Source: Macrostomum hystrix
Taxonomy: Eukaryota > Animalia > Platyhelminthes
Length of the DNA: 64,000 nucleotides
Reading direction: 5' to 3'
Assembly (NCBI GenBank): GCA_950097015.1
Contig: CATNEN010000030.1
Location: 3,720,001-3,784,000 of the forward strand
Part shown: piece after piece, positions 1 to 12,671 of the stretch
How the letters are laid out: the number at the start of each line of letters is the position of its first letter
How positions within the stretch are numbered: the first letter of the stretch is position 1
Notes under the pieces: model-generated
What the model was told of the DNA's origin: nothing
Databases searched by the model: none
What the model saw: only the letters and a program-made list of their open reading frames with translations
Program-made: the position numbers and the translations under genes

Positions 1-320
1 GGATTCTTATAAGAGAAGATGAAGGGATCGGGAAGCTGGGATCTCATCACAGGAGATGAAGGGATTGGGAGACTGGGATTCTTATAAGAGAAGATGAAGG
101 GATCGGGAGACTGGGATTCTTATAAGAGAAGATGAATGGATCGGAAAGCTGGGATCTCATCACAGGAGATGAAGGGATTGGGAGACTGGGATTCTTATAA
201 GAGAAGATGAAGGGATCGGGAGGCTGGGATCTCATCACAGGAGATGAAGGGATCGGAGGCTGGGATCTCATCACAGGAGATGAAGGGATCGGAGGCTGGG
301 ATCTCAAGATAGGAAATGAA
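1..320. repeat. Purine-rich minisatellite (~33-37 bp composite units) in the MAGUK intron
   Basis: Repeated GGGATCTCATCACAGGAGATGAA and GGGATTCTTATAAGAGAAGATGAA units read directly from the sequence. Confidence 0.9.
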
Positions 321-373
321 GGGACTGTGAAGCAAGGAGGAACAATGGTTCCTACATTGCCAAGGCCACTCAC

Positions 374-3300
374 CCGCTTGAAATTGTTGGTGAGTCCCAA
401 TGAGCTGCCCAGCTCGTACATTGACTTCATGCAGTCAAAGCTGGGGGCGGCGATGAACACAACGTAGGGCTTGAACTCGGCCGTGCACACCTGGCGCGCT
501 CGCTCCGGGGAGCAGTCAACCAGCAGGGTGCGGTCCTGCGGCAAATGCGGGATATTCGAAATGATAATTCGCATACTACTTGTCAGTAAGTAGCCTTAAA
601 TAAGTCAATCAGAAACTCATTCAATAATTTAGTCTTTCAGCAGTGTACACCTTAATTTACATTTTTATTTTGTAGCAACGATTGACCCAATTTGCACTGC
701 ATAACTGCTTTAGCTAAAAAGTGGCTTCTGCCGCGGAAGCGAACTTTCGGCCACTCATTGGGTTCAATCACCCAGGAACTAGAAATGATATTCTATAGAC
801 AGATTTTATATAAGCGCTATGTACCTGTTTATCCATGGATCGCAGAGTGTCGATCTTCACGCCGTACAGGAAGCCGTTGAGCTGGCCGTACTCCAGGTAG
901 GCGCCTTTGCGAACATCCACCTCCATTTCTTGCTGGCCGGCGAATAGGTATCTCTCGCCGCTAACCTCGCCGTCTCTAGGCGGCCGACTAGTGTGGGGAA
1001 TGGGCCTGGCGTAGCGCTCCGGATGGTGCTTGATCAGCTGACTGATAAGTGAGGCCTTGCCGACTCCCGGGGCGCCCAGCAGCAGCACAAGGGAGCGGCG
1101 GAAGGGTGGCACGCGGGCCACCTCCTGGTAGATGTTAAGATCGGAACGCTGGAATGACTGCGCCACATTGGCCTTGTAGGCCACGCGAACAGTCTTCTTC
1201 TTTTTGGCTAAGCCCAGGCCCATCACTTTGTAGTTAATAGCATCCTTGTCCGGTGTCGACTGCAAGAAGGCCGTCCGACGCTCCTGCAGCGTGAGTGAAG
1301 GGATCAGACCGGCCCGCCCAGCATTATCCCATCGCCTGGCCTGCCACCAGTTCGGATCCTCCTGGGAGAGCACCTGGAGCACGTCGCTGACGGTGAATTT
1401 TAATCCGGCTTCGCGACACGGGATTAGGCCGTCGTACTGGGGATCGTAGGAGAATAGGGCCTTCACATAGGTCTGCGGGTTGTGGAGAGAGAATGTATAA
1501 TGGTGGGCGGCGTCCTTATACATTATGAAAGGCTCATGTATGCCGATGATTGCGTGCGTGCGAAAAAGAAAAAAATCTACTGTTTCATCCCACCGCTGCC
1601 GCCACATTTTGATGATTAGAACAGATTGCTTGTGCTTATCTAAAAATCACTTTTACTTGCGACCACTTTGATGTCAAATAATTGATGTCTTATCTGTACA
1701 CGCATGGTACGGGGGGCTAGTGGCTAGTCTCTTCAGACATCAGAGACCGAGAGACTTCTGACCGAGTGAGGTTGATTACAGTCCAACAGAAACAATGGCT
1801 GCGTCTTGGCACAGGATGCATATATGGACCAACTTAGCGTAGGTGTAATTTCTATATCTACATAATCTACACATAATCTACAATCTACTCAGAAAACGCT
1901 GAGATTACCTAACAAAAGAAGAGAAATGTAATTCTAGCCAATTAAGGTTTAGAAGCGCAAGCACACCAACAACATAGAAATAGTTTTAAAAAACTGTGCA
2001 ACACAACAGCAGACTGCATCAATCAATCGAATAAAATAAGGAAAGATTGATAAAAAACTAACGAGAGGGCTTTAAAAGCCATTATAACTTTGCGAAAGCA
2101 CGGCTTACAAAGGTTTCCTGAAATGAAAATTTTAAGATGAAATATTTCAGCTAGATGAAATAAGCTGAAGCATCTACAAAACGTGTACACCGTATTCTAC
2201 TTGCAGTAGAGACATGAATAGACTATCAATATTGAAAATGACTGACGAAAGAAAAAAGTACATTTAAAGGCCATGACCGTGACTGACCTGACTGCCTTTG
2301 CCAGCTTCGTAGAAGCCGGAGCGCACTTTCAGTGTAACATTGCCGCTGGCTTTGCGCATCACCTGTTGCAGCTTCTCCGGCGAGTCGATCGGTATGCCGT
2401 TCACCTCTTTAATGACGTCATAGGGCTTCAGCACACCCTGCTGCTCAATGCGGGAGCCGGCCATGATGCGCTCGACAACAATGTCCAAGCCGCTCTGTCC
2501 TGTATTGTCGTCGTACCATTCGATTGTGCCGACTGTGATGCCCAGATCCTCGCCTGGCATCTGTGAACATGTAAGTGCGATTAGAGGGTGTGAGTGGCAG
2601 AGTGGTCCAACGCGTTTGCTTCTCGCTTGATTCCTCGGCGAGGCCACATTCATTTGGGGCGCAGCCGCGGAGAGAAGGCTTGGGGGATGGTCGTGCAATT
2701 TACGCCCTTGAGGGCCAACCTCCAAAGCACAGTGAAAGTGTACACTGCCTGATGATGAGAATAGTCAAATAGCCGAAGACAAGACAAACCTTAGCGAAGG
2801 CCACCATTTTCTGCGGCCTATCAAACTCGTCTAGATCTTCCGTCATCAGTCCCTGCTGATCGCCTGGCGGCTGCAGCTGAGGGGCACCGAAGGCGCCGTC
2901 ATCTTCGTTGTTGTCTGAGAACACGGGCGTGGCGGCTGAAGCGGCGCGGCCGGACAGCGGGCCGGGCGATTCGGCTGAAGCTCCGCCTACGCCAGCCGCC
3001 GATTCCAGGCCAGCAACGGCGGCCGACACTTCCTCGTTATTGTCTGCGGCGGCATTGCGCTGCTTTCTCAACTGGTCGCCTTCGTAGTTTTTATGCCCGA
3101 TATCCTCAAGGGCTTCAACAAAGGTGCCTAGGCGGCCGGAGGCCAGCAGTTCGTAGAGGTCGTTGGCTTCGTCGTCTGTGGCTGCGACAGTCTCCAGCTG
3201 TTCCAGGGTGTCATGCAGGGAGCGAACGAACTCTGTGCTGGCGACGCCTGCATTGACAGTGTTCGACGTTTGGAGTTATTATGAGGGACTTAAAACAAAT

Positions 3301-3627
3301 AATATATTAGAAAGGAACATAGTGTCAAAAGACGGATATTTCTGCTCTATTTATTTATTCTAACCGACCTGGAAAGGCGTCCGCGTCTGAACCAGCTTTG
3401 CGTCGCTGCTTCTGGAGCCGCTTCAGACTGTCGTGCATCAGCAGCAGGCTGCGCAGGTCGCTGCCCTGAAGAAATCCGGCCAGCTCCTGCACCTCCGGCT
3501 CGCCCTCAAAGTGCTGCTCAAGCCGCTCACTCAGGTCACCAAGATTGCGGGCGATCTTCGTAGAGCGCGGCTTTGATGGCTTCTGCGGCGGCTTTGGCGG
3601 CTTTGGTGGTGGCGGCGGTGGCGGCAT
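374..3627 (-). CDS. MAGUK p55/MPP-family scaffold (L27-L27-PDZ-SH3-GuK), 3' end off-window. Exons 3627-3369, 3247-2790, 2560-2288, 1472-825, 535-374
   Basis: Translation shows two L27-like helical segments, a PDZ (GEDLGITV...IERIMAG), an SH3 (YVKALFSYDP...WWQARR) and a guanylate-kinase domain (LLGAPGVGK...PHTSRPPR...YLEYG). All introns are GT-AG and phase-compatible; the exon 2 acceptor is the least certain. Paralogue (MPP2/5/6/7) not assignable by eye. Confidence 0.9.
2584..2760 (+). mobile_element. SINE family A copy, 3'-truncated, filling most of MAGUK intron 2 in antisense
   Basis: Matches the copy at 63597-63977 (GAGTGGCAGAGTGGTC...GGCGAGGCCACATTCATTTGG...GTGTACACTGCCTGA). Confidence 0.8.
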
Positions 3628-6510
3628 ATTGTATTTTTAGCCTCCCTTTTGTGAGTGTGCCTGGCAATGCTTTATTCTATCCTGACAACAATGTGCTGTG
3701 ATATCTAGTGCTGGCTGGTTTTGAGCAAGGAAATCCTTCACTGTAAAAAATTCGGATCAATAATTTAATGACAACATGGGCCAAGAGCACTATGAAGAAC
3801 TGCCTATTTGTCGACATGGTACTCAATAGCTGCAAGCAAACTAATAACTTTAATCAATCAAAAAGTTACCCTAAGTGACAAGGAGTATAGAGTTGCCAAA
3901 GCTGTTTCTGCACATATTTTCAAAAAATAATGTCCACATTTGTATTAGGGACATTAACAATATCCAGGATAATTATTGTCACTCTACCCTTATTTTATCT
4001 AGAAAAAGAAACAGTGATAGTATTATTTATAACTATAAATACAAGCTCCTATTTGGCTTTCTATTTTGGGATAAACATTAGTTCCAATGCTCTAACTAAA
4101 AAGGTGGTGAATGTTGTGCTTTCAATGAATGGATTCCATTAATCTATGCATCATGATTACTTCCTGAAGAAGACAACATATTTTAGAATATTGTAGAAAT
4201 GCTCATTAGTAAAAAATTGCATGTGCTAATGTACATTTTTGCATCAAATGAATACATAACACAGTGACAAATTTATTGATTTATAATAATAATTTAAACT
4301 AGAAAACATAGGTAAGTAAAAACTTTTGTGGAGTTAAGAAAAAAACAACAATGTAATTCAATGCATTTGGCAATCAATATATTAGTAATCGTCAGGGCAA
4401 TCAACAAAACTATAGCAAAGTTGTGGTGTAAATAGAAATTTGTTAGTCTAACAAGGTATGTATAGAAATTTTCAGTCAAATCAGGTTCAGTCTGGTAAGG
4501 AAGGCTATAAAGAGAGAGAGAGAGAACATAAGGAAGGAAAGAGACAGAATGAATGGTTGCAGTAGTACACACACCAATCTAAAACATGCTGAGTTGGCAG
4601 CTGGCACCCCCGTAGCTAGCTGGCAGTTCTGGCTAGGATTCTGATCTTTGATGTACATAGCCTAAGAAAAGCTCAAAGTGTGCTCATGATGGATTAATCA
4701 ACCACGTTAAATAAATAAAGCGATATGGTTGCTGTCGCAGCATGAATCATAGGTGAGAAGTTGCTCCTGGACGGCAGATCGCTTGGTCCAGTGCTTTAAT
4801 GTTTATTCTTAGCTTCATCTTACTTCTATTTTTTTATGTGAGCTACTTTTCACAAATTATTATATACCAAAAGACATTATAAAAAAAGAACAAGCAGACT
4901 TTGTAGAAACAATGTAGAAAAAATGTATAGCCTTTTATACAATAAATGTACTTGACTGCTACAAACAGAAATTAATGTTACTTTGTATGGATCACGAATA
5001 TAGATAAGTAAACCATAATTTTTTAATAGATTTATCTATTCATTTTTAATTATAGTTTTCTTCTCATACAACCGATCTTTTTGGATAAAGCAAAAAAACG
5101 TGAAAGAAAATAAGAGTTGAACGTAAATCTCAACAGTATTATTCGATTGGCGAACAAGAAAATTATTTAGCAACAATGCACTGTTTTTTTAAGAAACTGT
5201 AAATGTCAAGTGTCGCGGAAGTACTAGTAAAAGATAAAATTAAATTCGCACATGTATATTAGGTGTTTTTATTTTCACTTCAGAAGAAACTACTAAAAAT
5301 AATTTTAAAACTTTATTTTTCACTGAATTCGCGCTGCCTGAAAATAAATAAGGTAAAAAGTAAAGCAAAATAATATACATTTGTTAAACTTTGTCGTCGG
5401 CATTGACACTTGCAATAGCGATTATTCGAACTCCTTTTCATCTACTTAAAATTTTGCAATAATTTACTTGACTACGTAGTGATATTTACAAATTTAAGCT
5501 TTTTACTTTAAACGAATTGTCTATTGTAATGTGTGCAGCAATTGGATCTTTACTTTTTTATGCATTTCAGAAGAAATGTTTACTTTTTTGTAGAGTAAGT
5601 CAAAACCACGCAAACTACAGGACACAACGCCAACGCATAATTAATAATAATAATATTGACACTAGACTCAAGGGCCAATGCAGGTGTTGTGTGCCAAGCA
5701 CACTAGCAGGTGGGGTCTGCACAGCTAATGTAATCCCCGGCTCTCTCGGACACCGGTTGACAGCCGCGTGTCACCAATGGAATTTATTTTTTCGCTGCAT
5801 TTCGGCAGCATCCAAACAAATTACCGCAATTATTATTACCCGATGAAATGTCGGAATGCTACTTTGCCCTGGCAATAATAAGTAGGCCTATGTAGAATAT
5901 AGTTATATTAATATGTATTACTTTTATGGAACCTAGTGTCAAGTATGAAACATGTGTATTTTATGCTTTAAAATTCTAGTTAAAATTATATATTCTCATT
6001 TATATCATTTTAGTCCATATTCTGAATCCTTAGAGTACAACACTAATTGTTATAAATTCTCAGTAGCTATGTTTGGCTACAGTAAAAAAAGACTAGTCGC
6101 ATACTTATACTGACAGTTATTTCTGGAAAAGGAATACGTTTTCTAGTGCATAATATGTGAAAGAAATTAGTTGTGAAAAGTTCAATTTTGTTTGTTTCTG
6201 AGATTTCTCGTTCCTAATATTTTCCGATACTTGCTCAAGTTTAACATAAGATGCTCTGCCCCCCATTCTCTGCCCTTATGGTGGTCTCGCAAGTGTTTAA
6301 AACTGTAAATGGATAAGCTTAACATATATTTTTTATTGGCAACAGAGCATTTTACAAGAAATTTTTTTTATCATGATTACTACAAGTCGAGGAAAAGGGT
6401 AAAATGTCTCTTAGTAAATGTAAAAGAAAATGATAAAGCTTCTACTTGCAAACTCCATTGAACGTCACTTCCTTTTTAATGCCATCATAAACACCAAACA
6501 ATTTCAGACA

Positions 6511-9069
6511 ATGGCTCTCAGTGTGGGCAAAGAACCCCTCTTCAGGCCTTTAAATGTTGAGAAGAGCCTTAGTGATAAGCAAAGCTTGGTTTCTAAGTAT
6601 CAAACTCTAATTCTAACTTCCGGCGAAGAATTTGTTGGTCCAAAACGGATCTACATCATGTTCAAAGTGTTAGACGAAGTGCTTGGACAGTTGGGCGTAT
6701 TCAAAGAACTATTCGTTGAACTTCGAAAAGAGATGATGGAGGCAGTATTTTCAGAATCGATTCACCCGGGCATCACAAAGGATCCGAGTGAGATCAAAAG
6801 AATCCCCCACATGGAAGAGGTCAAGCGACTGTTCAGAGAGGCCAAGTACAAGGAAGATGACTACAAGGAGAATGTTTCTCAAATGGAGAAGAAGCTGTTC
6901 GAAAAGCAGCAGAGCTTTGAGAACCAACTGATGAAGAACGACGAGCTGGCACGTGAATGCAACGAAAGAGACGAAACGATTGCGAGGTTGATGGGCGAGA
7001 TCCGCCTGCTGGAGGAGGAGAAGGCTTTGATCCAGAAAGAGTTCGAGCTCTACCAGCAATCCACCGAGAAGGAGATCCAAGAATTAAAGTTCGACTATCA
7101 GGACTTGCAGGAGGAGCTGCGGTTGGTCACTGCTGATAGGGATCTCTGCAAGCCCTATAAAGAGGGCTACGACAGGATGCAGATTGAATTCCAGAACATC
7201 GGTCTCCGAGCCTACGACGACAAGAAGGCGGAAAATCAGAAGCCGAAGCCTCTTTCCCAGAAAGAGAAGCTAATTTCTGACATCAAGGCCGCGGTGAAGC
7301 TGCAGGACCAACTGCTCAAAGGACAAAACCTTCTAATTCAGGAATTCGATGGCTTCTTAGAGAAGCATAAAACGAGCATCCGGTCTGAAGAAAACCACGA
7401 GTCAGACACTAGGCCTTCCACCGTGAGTACGGATCCGTCTTCGATTCGCAATTTCGAAGCAGAAAACGCAGACCAACAGCTGATGGTGAGCCAGAAAAGA
7501 TTTCTAGAAAACATCGAACGCGTTGATAATGAAATGAATTTGCTAATGAAGCATCAAGTGATGCTGGAGGAGCAACTTCTTGGAATGGTGAAGGCGAATG
7601 AGCGAGACGGTGACTCGGTACTCGACCTGCTCAAGACTATCAGCAATGCTGGAGATCCCGGCAATGATGCTTATGTACCTGGCGATCCATTTGTCGTTAA
7701 TGAGCGAGTGTTTAGCAAATACTCATTGATGCTGTTTGTGTCCACAAATGGAGGAAAGACCTTCAGCGAATTCGGCGGCTCAAACTACTGCCATCAGTGC
7801 TTCGAGAAAACTACCGTCTGTCCCCACAAGCTGCGCGGCCGCGAAATCGTGCTGCCATTGCCCACCAACGCAAGCCACCTTCGCCTAAACCGGCCCGAAG
7901 TGAAAGTCAACCAGGAGGTACTTCGCCAGAGCCTTCAGGAGATGCGCATGCTGGAGCGCAAGTCCGGCCTACCGCCTCTGCCAAAGCAGCAGCGCCTGCG
8001 CGAGGAGAGCCGCACGAGCTTTGACACAGGCGTCACCACTGAGACTGGGAAGAGTCGCGAGATGGACGAGAAGGACACGAGATTTGTCAACAAGTTTTCT
8101 CGAGTCTGGGACGACTATCACGCTCGTACAGATTTGGTGCGGCATCATCCGATCACTCAAGCCAAGAGTCTTGTTGAATCGTTGATCGAACAGTTCTATG
8201 CCACCTGCCTGTGGGACGACGAGTATACTCCTGACGACGAGGAGGGCTACTCCGTGCTTGACAACTTCTATGAGTTTCAGTATTCGCGCTACATGCAGGA
8301 GGACGTTGTGTTCCTTGCGGCGCACGACTTCTTCACCAGTCTGGAAAGTCACGCAGAGACAGACGATCACTTGAGAATGTTCACCCATGTGCTATGCAAC
8401 AACTTGGATGGCTCCGTGTTTCGCTATTTCCTTGTGCTGATCGATTTGGTCAACCAGGTTGACTGGCGCCACTCGGAGGACTTCCGGGAGTTTGTCCAGG
8501 CGGCTTTTCCATTCATGCTGGAGGACGACATCGAGACCTTTCAGATAGGTTTTGTTTCCTACTGCGAAAATCGAGTTAACCGGCGCTCTGTGTACAACTA
8601 CATCCTCTACATGCTTCTGCGCTACCGCGACCCGTATTTCCTAGAAATGGAGTCCAAATGTTTGCAGTCTCCGATGGCTGAATTTGGCTTCATGTCCGAG
8701 AGGGAATTCCTTGCAGTTTCCGAGACCGTATGCGAGAACGCATTCGACCACCTGTCTAGGCGTCTCTTTCTAGAAGCAGCTGCAGCGGCCGAGCGCGAGG
8801 TGAACACACCTGGCACAGTGCCAGTGGCCAAGGTGGCGCACATCCTTTCCTACCTGTCCATCCTGCAGGCTGCTGCGACCGCTCGCGGCGAATTACCAGA
8901 GAGGATTACACAGAATCGGATCTCGCAGAAACTGGAGCTCAGGCCACTGGCGGCAGATTCTGTGGACCCACCGCTACGCTGGAGCTATACGGGTGCCCTG
9001 CACCTGGCCAGGCAAATGGCCAAGAGTGAGCAGTACAGACAGGCGCATCAGGTCAGCTCAGTTGAGTAG
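6511..9069 (+). CDS. Uncharacterised intronless ~852-aa protein: N-terminal coiled coil, C-x2-C-x6-C-x-H motif, helical C-terminal half
   Basis: 2.6-kb open frame with coding-like composition. ATG 6511 follows a TTTCAG acceptor. Heptad-rich region at about residues 110-360; motif YCHQCFEKTTVCPHK. Loose resemblance to TSNAXIP1-like proteins is recollection, not a search result. Confidence 0.8.
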   Translation: MALSVGKEPLFRPLNVEKSLSDKQSLVSKYQTLILTSGEEFVGPKRIYIMFKVLDEVLGQLGVFKELFVELRKEMMEAVFSESIHPGITKDPSEIKRIPHMEEVKRLFREAKYKEDDYKENVSQMEKKLFEKQQSFENQLMKNDELARECNERDETIARLMGEIRLLEEEKALIQKEFELYQQSTEKEIQELKFDYQDLQEELRLVTADRDLCKPYKEGYDRMQIEFQNIGLRAYDDKKAENQKPKPLSQKEKLISDIKAAVKLQDQLLKGQNLLIQEFDGFLEKHKTSIRSEENHESDTRPSTVSTDPSSIRNFEAENADQQLMVSQKRFLENIERVDNEMNLLMKHQVMLEEQLLGMVKANERDGDSVLDLLKTISNAGDPGNDAYVPGDPFVVNERVFSKYSLMLFVSTNGGKTFSEFGGSNYCHQCFEKTTVCPHKLRGREIVLPLPTNASHLRLNRPEVKVNQEVLRQSLQEMRMLERKSGLPPLPKQQRLREESRTSFDTGVTTETGKSREMDEKDTRFVNKFSRVWDDYHARTDLVRHHPITQAKSLVESLIEQFYATCLWDDEYTPDDEEGYSVLDNFYEFQYSRYMQEDVVFLAAHDFFTSLESHAETDDHLRMFTHVLCNNLDGSVFRYFLVLIDLVNQVDWRHSEDFREFVQAAFPFMLEDDIETFQIGFVSYCENRVNRRSVYNYILYMLLRYRDPYFLEMESKCLQSPMAEFGFMSEREFLAVSETVCENAFDHLSRRLFLEAAAAAEREVNTPGTVPVAKVAHILSYLSILQAAATARGELPERITQNRISQKLELRPLAADSVDPPLRWSYTGALHLARQMAKSEQYRQAHQVSSVE

Positions 9070-12000
9070 TTTTTTTAGCAAAAAGACAAGCCAAAAATAT
9101 ATTTGGCGATGTGCCTACACGAAGACTTTTAACGCAAGCAGATTTTTTATTTTAGGATAGGTAATGCACATAGCCCGTTCGCCAAGTTCGAATTCACTTC
9201 GTTTAATACCTTGGAAGCGTTCTAGTTTGTTTTTTTTTTTGCTAAATGCTTCGGCCATGCAGCTATGCTTTGTGGTGTTGCCTACTACATTTTGGAGCAT
9301 CCGTTTTTCAGAATATCAAGTAGCTTAATAAAGAGGATCGATTTTTTGCGGAAGATTTCCGTTTCATGTTTCAATTGCATACATGCACATGTACTTTCAA
9401 ATTTCCAAGGATAATAATTTCTGAGGCCGATGGTGCTTTGCATATAAAAAAGTTAACTTTTTTCACGCTACTGAGATTTTAAAAAAATATATATAGTACC
9501 AGTAATTGATCACTTGCATCGTATATTTATTAAGATTCGTGGAGCCTAAATGCATGTAAAGTGCTTCAAAATGCAGGAGAAATATAGTACAGTCCTCAGA
9601 CTTATCTCTTCTGGTTATTAATTACCTTTCCTCATTTTTTTCCCGCAAAACTCACCTGCTGGTACAATAGATACACACAAGTTTAATTACAGGCGCGATT
9701 GATCGAGACATCTTACACTGTCTCTGACTCTGATTTTGACCATATGCATGACTCGATTTGATTTAAACATGATGGGCCGGGGATCGAGTCTATTTGCAGA
9801 GGAGAAAATAATCTTATGGTTTTGTATAGCGACAGATTTAACTCCAGTGAGACTAGTACAACTTGGTTCACATTTTACACATAACACACATGCTATGTCT
9901 TATAGCTTGTGTTTAGTATTGCAACGAAAGATTTGTTCATAATTATAAATGCTTCGAGTGTACTAGTCATGTAAATTTAGAACTGCGTTGGCTACGATTA
10001 GCGAGCAATTCGGAATAGATATTTTCAGTATTATTATAGTCATTGATGTGGTTGTCCGATAAGCATAAATAAGCAGATAATCCTACTTTAATACGCGCTG
10101 CTTGCCTGTTATTTCGTAAAACGTGATCGACCGGTTTAGGATGATTTAAACTTAAATGAATTGATTTCACTTAGCTAGGTTAAATATAATCTAGTTTTTT
10201 AATTACAAAGGATGCTCCTATTGCATATGCGATTCAATGAAATTAGACTGAACCACAAAAATTGCCATCCAAATGTCATGAGACATAACTTTTAAAGTAC
10301 GATTTTGGAATGACCAAATGATGATTTTTAAGAAGCCTGATTGGAGTCGTCTTGGAGTTTTCTGTAAATATTATTTCCACTTTGAATTCAGCCGGGATTT
10401 TTTAAATAGAATATTACACTATATACTGCATATCAGCATTAGTTGTAGTTAAAACTTTACTGCAAAAAAGTTATAGGTCGTATAACAGGAAAGTTTTGCC
10501 TTCCTGTTACCTTCTGCCACAGCAACAGAGAGATAAACGCTCCACGGGCCAGAGGCCCGTTTCTGTGTGGACTCCGGAGTCACATGAAAAGCGGCAGCGA
10601 AGCTCTGCCTCTCGCTTCCAGTGTATTTAAATTCAAGCAGCGCGCACAACAGAGGCAGAATGGGGAGAGAGGGAGAAACGCTGGGAGATTGCTAACACAG
10701 GGGCAGCTGTTTCTTTGTCCCACACGCACACGCTCCCCAGCGAACGCTCGCCGAACTTCTTCCTCACATTCCCCTGGGCCGTATCGATCCACGGACGACT
10801 CGTCGTGTACGCGAATCATGTGAGCCATGCAAATACAATGTTCTGAAGCGTATTTGCAAGGCTTACAGGTCGTTTACAAACAATCTGTTAAGTTTTAAAC
10901 TTGTCGGTTGAGAGGGATGCCAAAATTGACAGTTTATTTGGTTTTGGCCCCATTTTGAGACACCCGTTATATTATCAGTTGATGATTGTAAGAAAAGAGA
11001 TAAACAAACAGTAAAGAAAAACTTTCCTATTTTCATTGCGTGTTTAACGTAACGTTTTCGCACGTACATAATTTAAATAGTTTTTCTAATAAGAAGGCTC
11101 AAAATGCAAATTCGAAATTGCACACAGCACAGCTGCACAGGTAATGCTCGTATCGTACGATGAAAGTTATGGAGAATGAGCGAGATAATAATAAGAGCCT
11201 GTATTGAAATCAAACTAATGACTACTGTAGCCTTAGGCCTTCAAGACCAATTTTACTTGTGTCATATTGGCTAGGCAAAGGCAATGTTGGTGGGCACTGG
11301 GCAGATTGTCGGTTATCTGACAGCATAGCCTAGGTTTAAGAATTAAGACATGCAAAGGAAAGAAAATTGACCTTGTCCCACTACCCACTTCAGACACTCT
11401 CTGGACAGTCTGGCATCTGACATCCTTCCATTTTTAGCCAATTAAAATCCAAATTGTAGCACATAAGTTTACTGGTTAATGTACTTAATTTTAAGTAGGC
11501 CTAAACTGAATCAGAGGATGATGCCCAATAGGCTACATGGTAAGCAGCCCTATGTTGGATATATATGTGTATCCATATATCTCTATCCCTGTCTTAAAGT
11601 TATGTCACTGATAGGCCTAGAGAACAGAACAAGTTAAGAAATAACACAGGGACAGATGTGTACATAAATTTTCAGAATCATAGTAAACCAGCATATTTGC
11701 AATTGAAAGAATGAACTTTGTATACTTAATTACATTTGAATATTGTTATGTCAATGTAATAAGCTATTTAGCTTATCACATTGTATCATTGTATCATCAA
11801 CCAAACAAGAATGTGTATTTTTTTAACTTCAAACCTAAGCTACAGATTTTCTATTTAAGATATGATGATAAATCAAAAGCCAAGTTATAGAAAACAGTAA
11901 CATCTTTCTAAAAAGTATCTGCTTTTGCTATTTTATCAAATAGAAAAAAAGTTATTCCTGCTTTTTATCTAAAACCGAACAATGATTTTCATGTATCTTC

Positions 12001-12671
12001 AAACCAAACAGAGAATTTGATGTTTGGTTTTACAATTTGAGTGAGTGATTTAATCTTATTTTAAGGAGTGAACTGTCATGAATTATGTAATTTGAAAGCA
12101 TTTTTCATGCTCTATAAATAACTACATTTATGGTCATTTAATTGGCAAGCAACCACATACAATCTTCGTCTAAAGTACATACTGAAAAAATGTTGTTATA
12201 AAGTATGCTTTCGCAATAAAAATTTCTACTAAAATATCATTCTTTCCTCTTAATGCTTCATTACACATCATGCCTCAGCTTGTAGATAATTTCTTCAACT
12301 TTCAAATTAGTTGTTCTGTGAAACACAATAGCTTGTTTCTGTCTTGCATGAGACCAAGGAAGAAGTCAAAATTCTTGTTCAGTTTTGAAGATACACTGTT
12401 CGGTTGATGATACATTACCTTAACATTCTAATTACCAAAGATCTGTAAGCTATGAAGTTTAAAAACTGTGGTAGTCTAATAAATTAAGAATCTTATAAGT
12501 TTAATATAAACAAATATCCTTTAATTATATCTGGCCTGACTTTAAGCTACATGATTTTGAATCTTCCAAAGCTTGTTCTAGAACCAGATTGCTGCATACA
12601 TCAAGTGTATTTTTTGCTTTTTATTTGTATTTTTTGCTACTCAATAAGCTATAATTTTAATTCCAGCCAAA

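Noticed and set aside
6430-6510. Upstream ATG 6430 as the start of the 879-aa ORF; likewise the GTG/TTG starts throughout the track
   Set aside because: The extension is AT-rich and contains an acceptor just before ATG 6511; GTG and TTG starts are a prokaryotic convention.
6751-8843. Antisense and overlapping ORFs over real genes (also over CWF19L2, MICU1, ELL, the Plexus-like gene and FBXL13)
   Set aside because: Expected shadow ORFs of GC-rich coding sequence; no independent domain or splice evidence.
10500-10830. GC-rich island with a TATA-like TATTTAAA, possibly a promoter or LTR
   Set aside because: No second copy, TSD or ORF in the window; nothing testable beyond composition.
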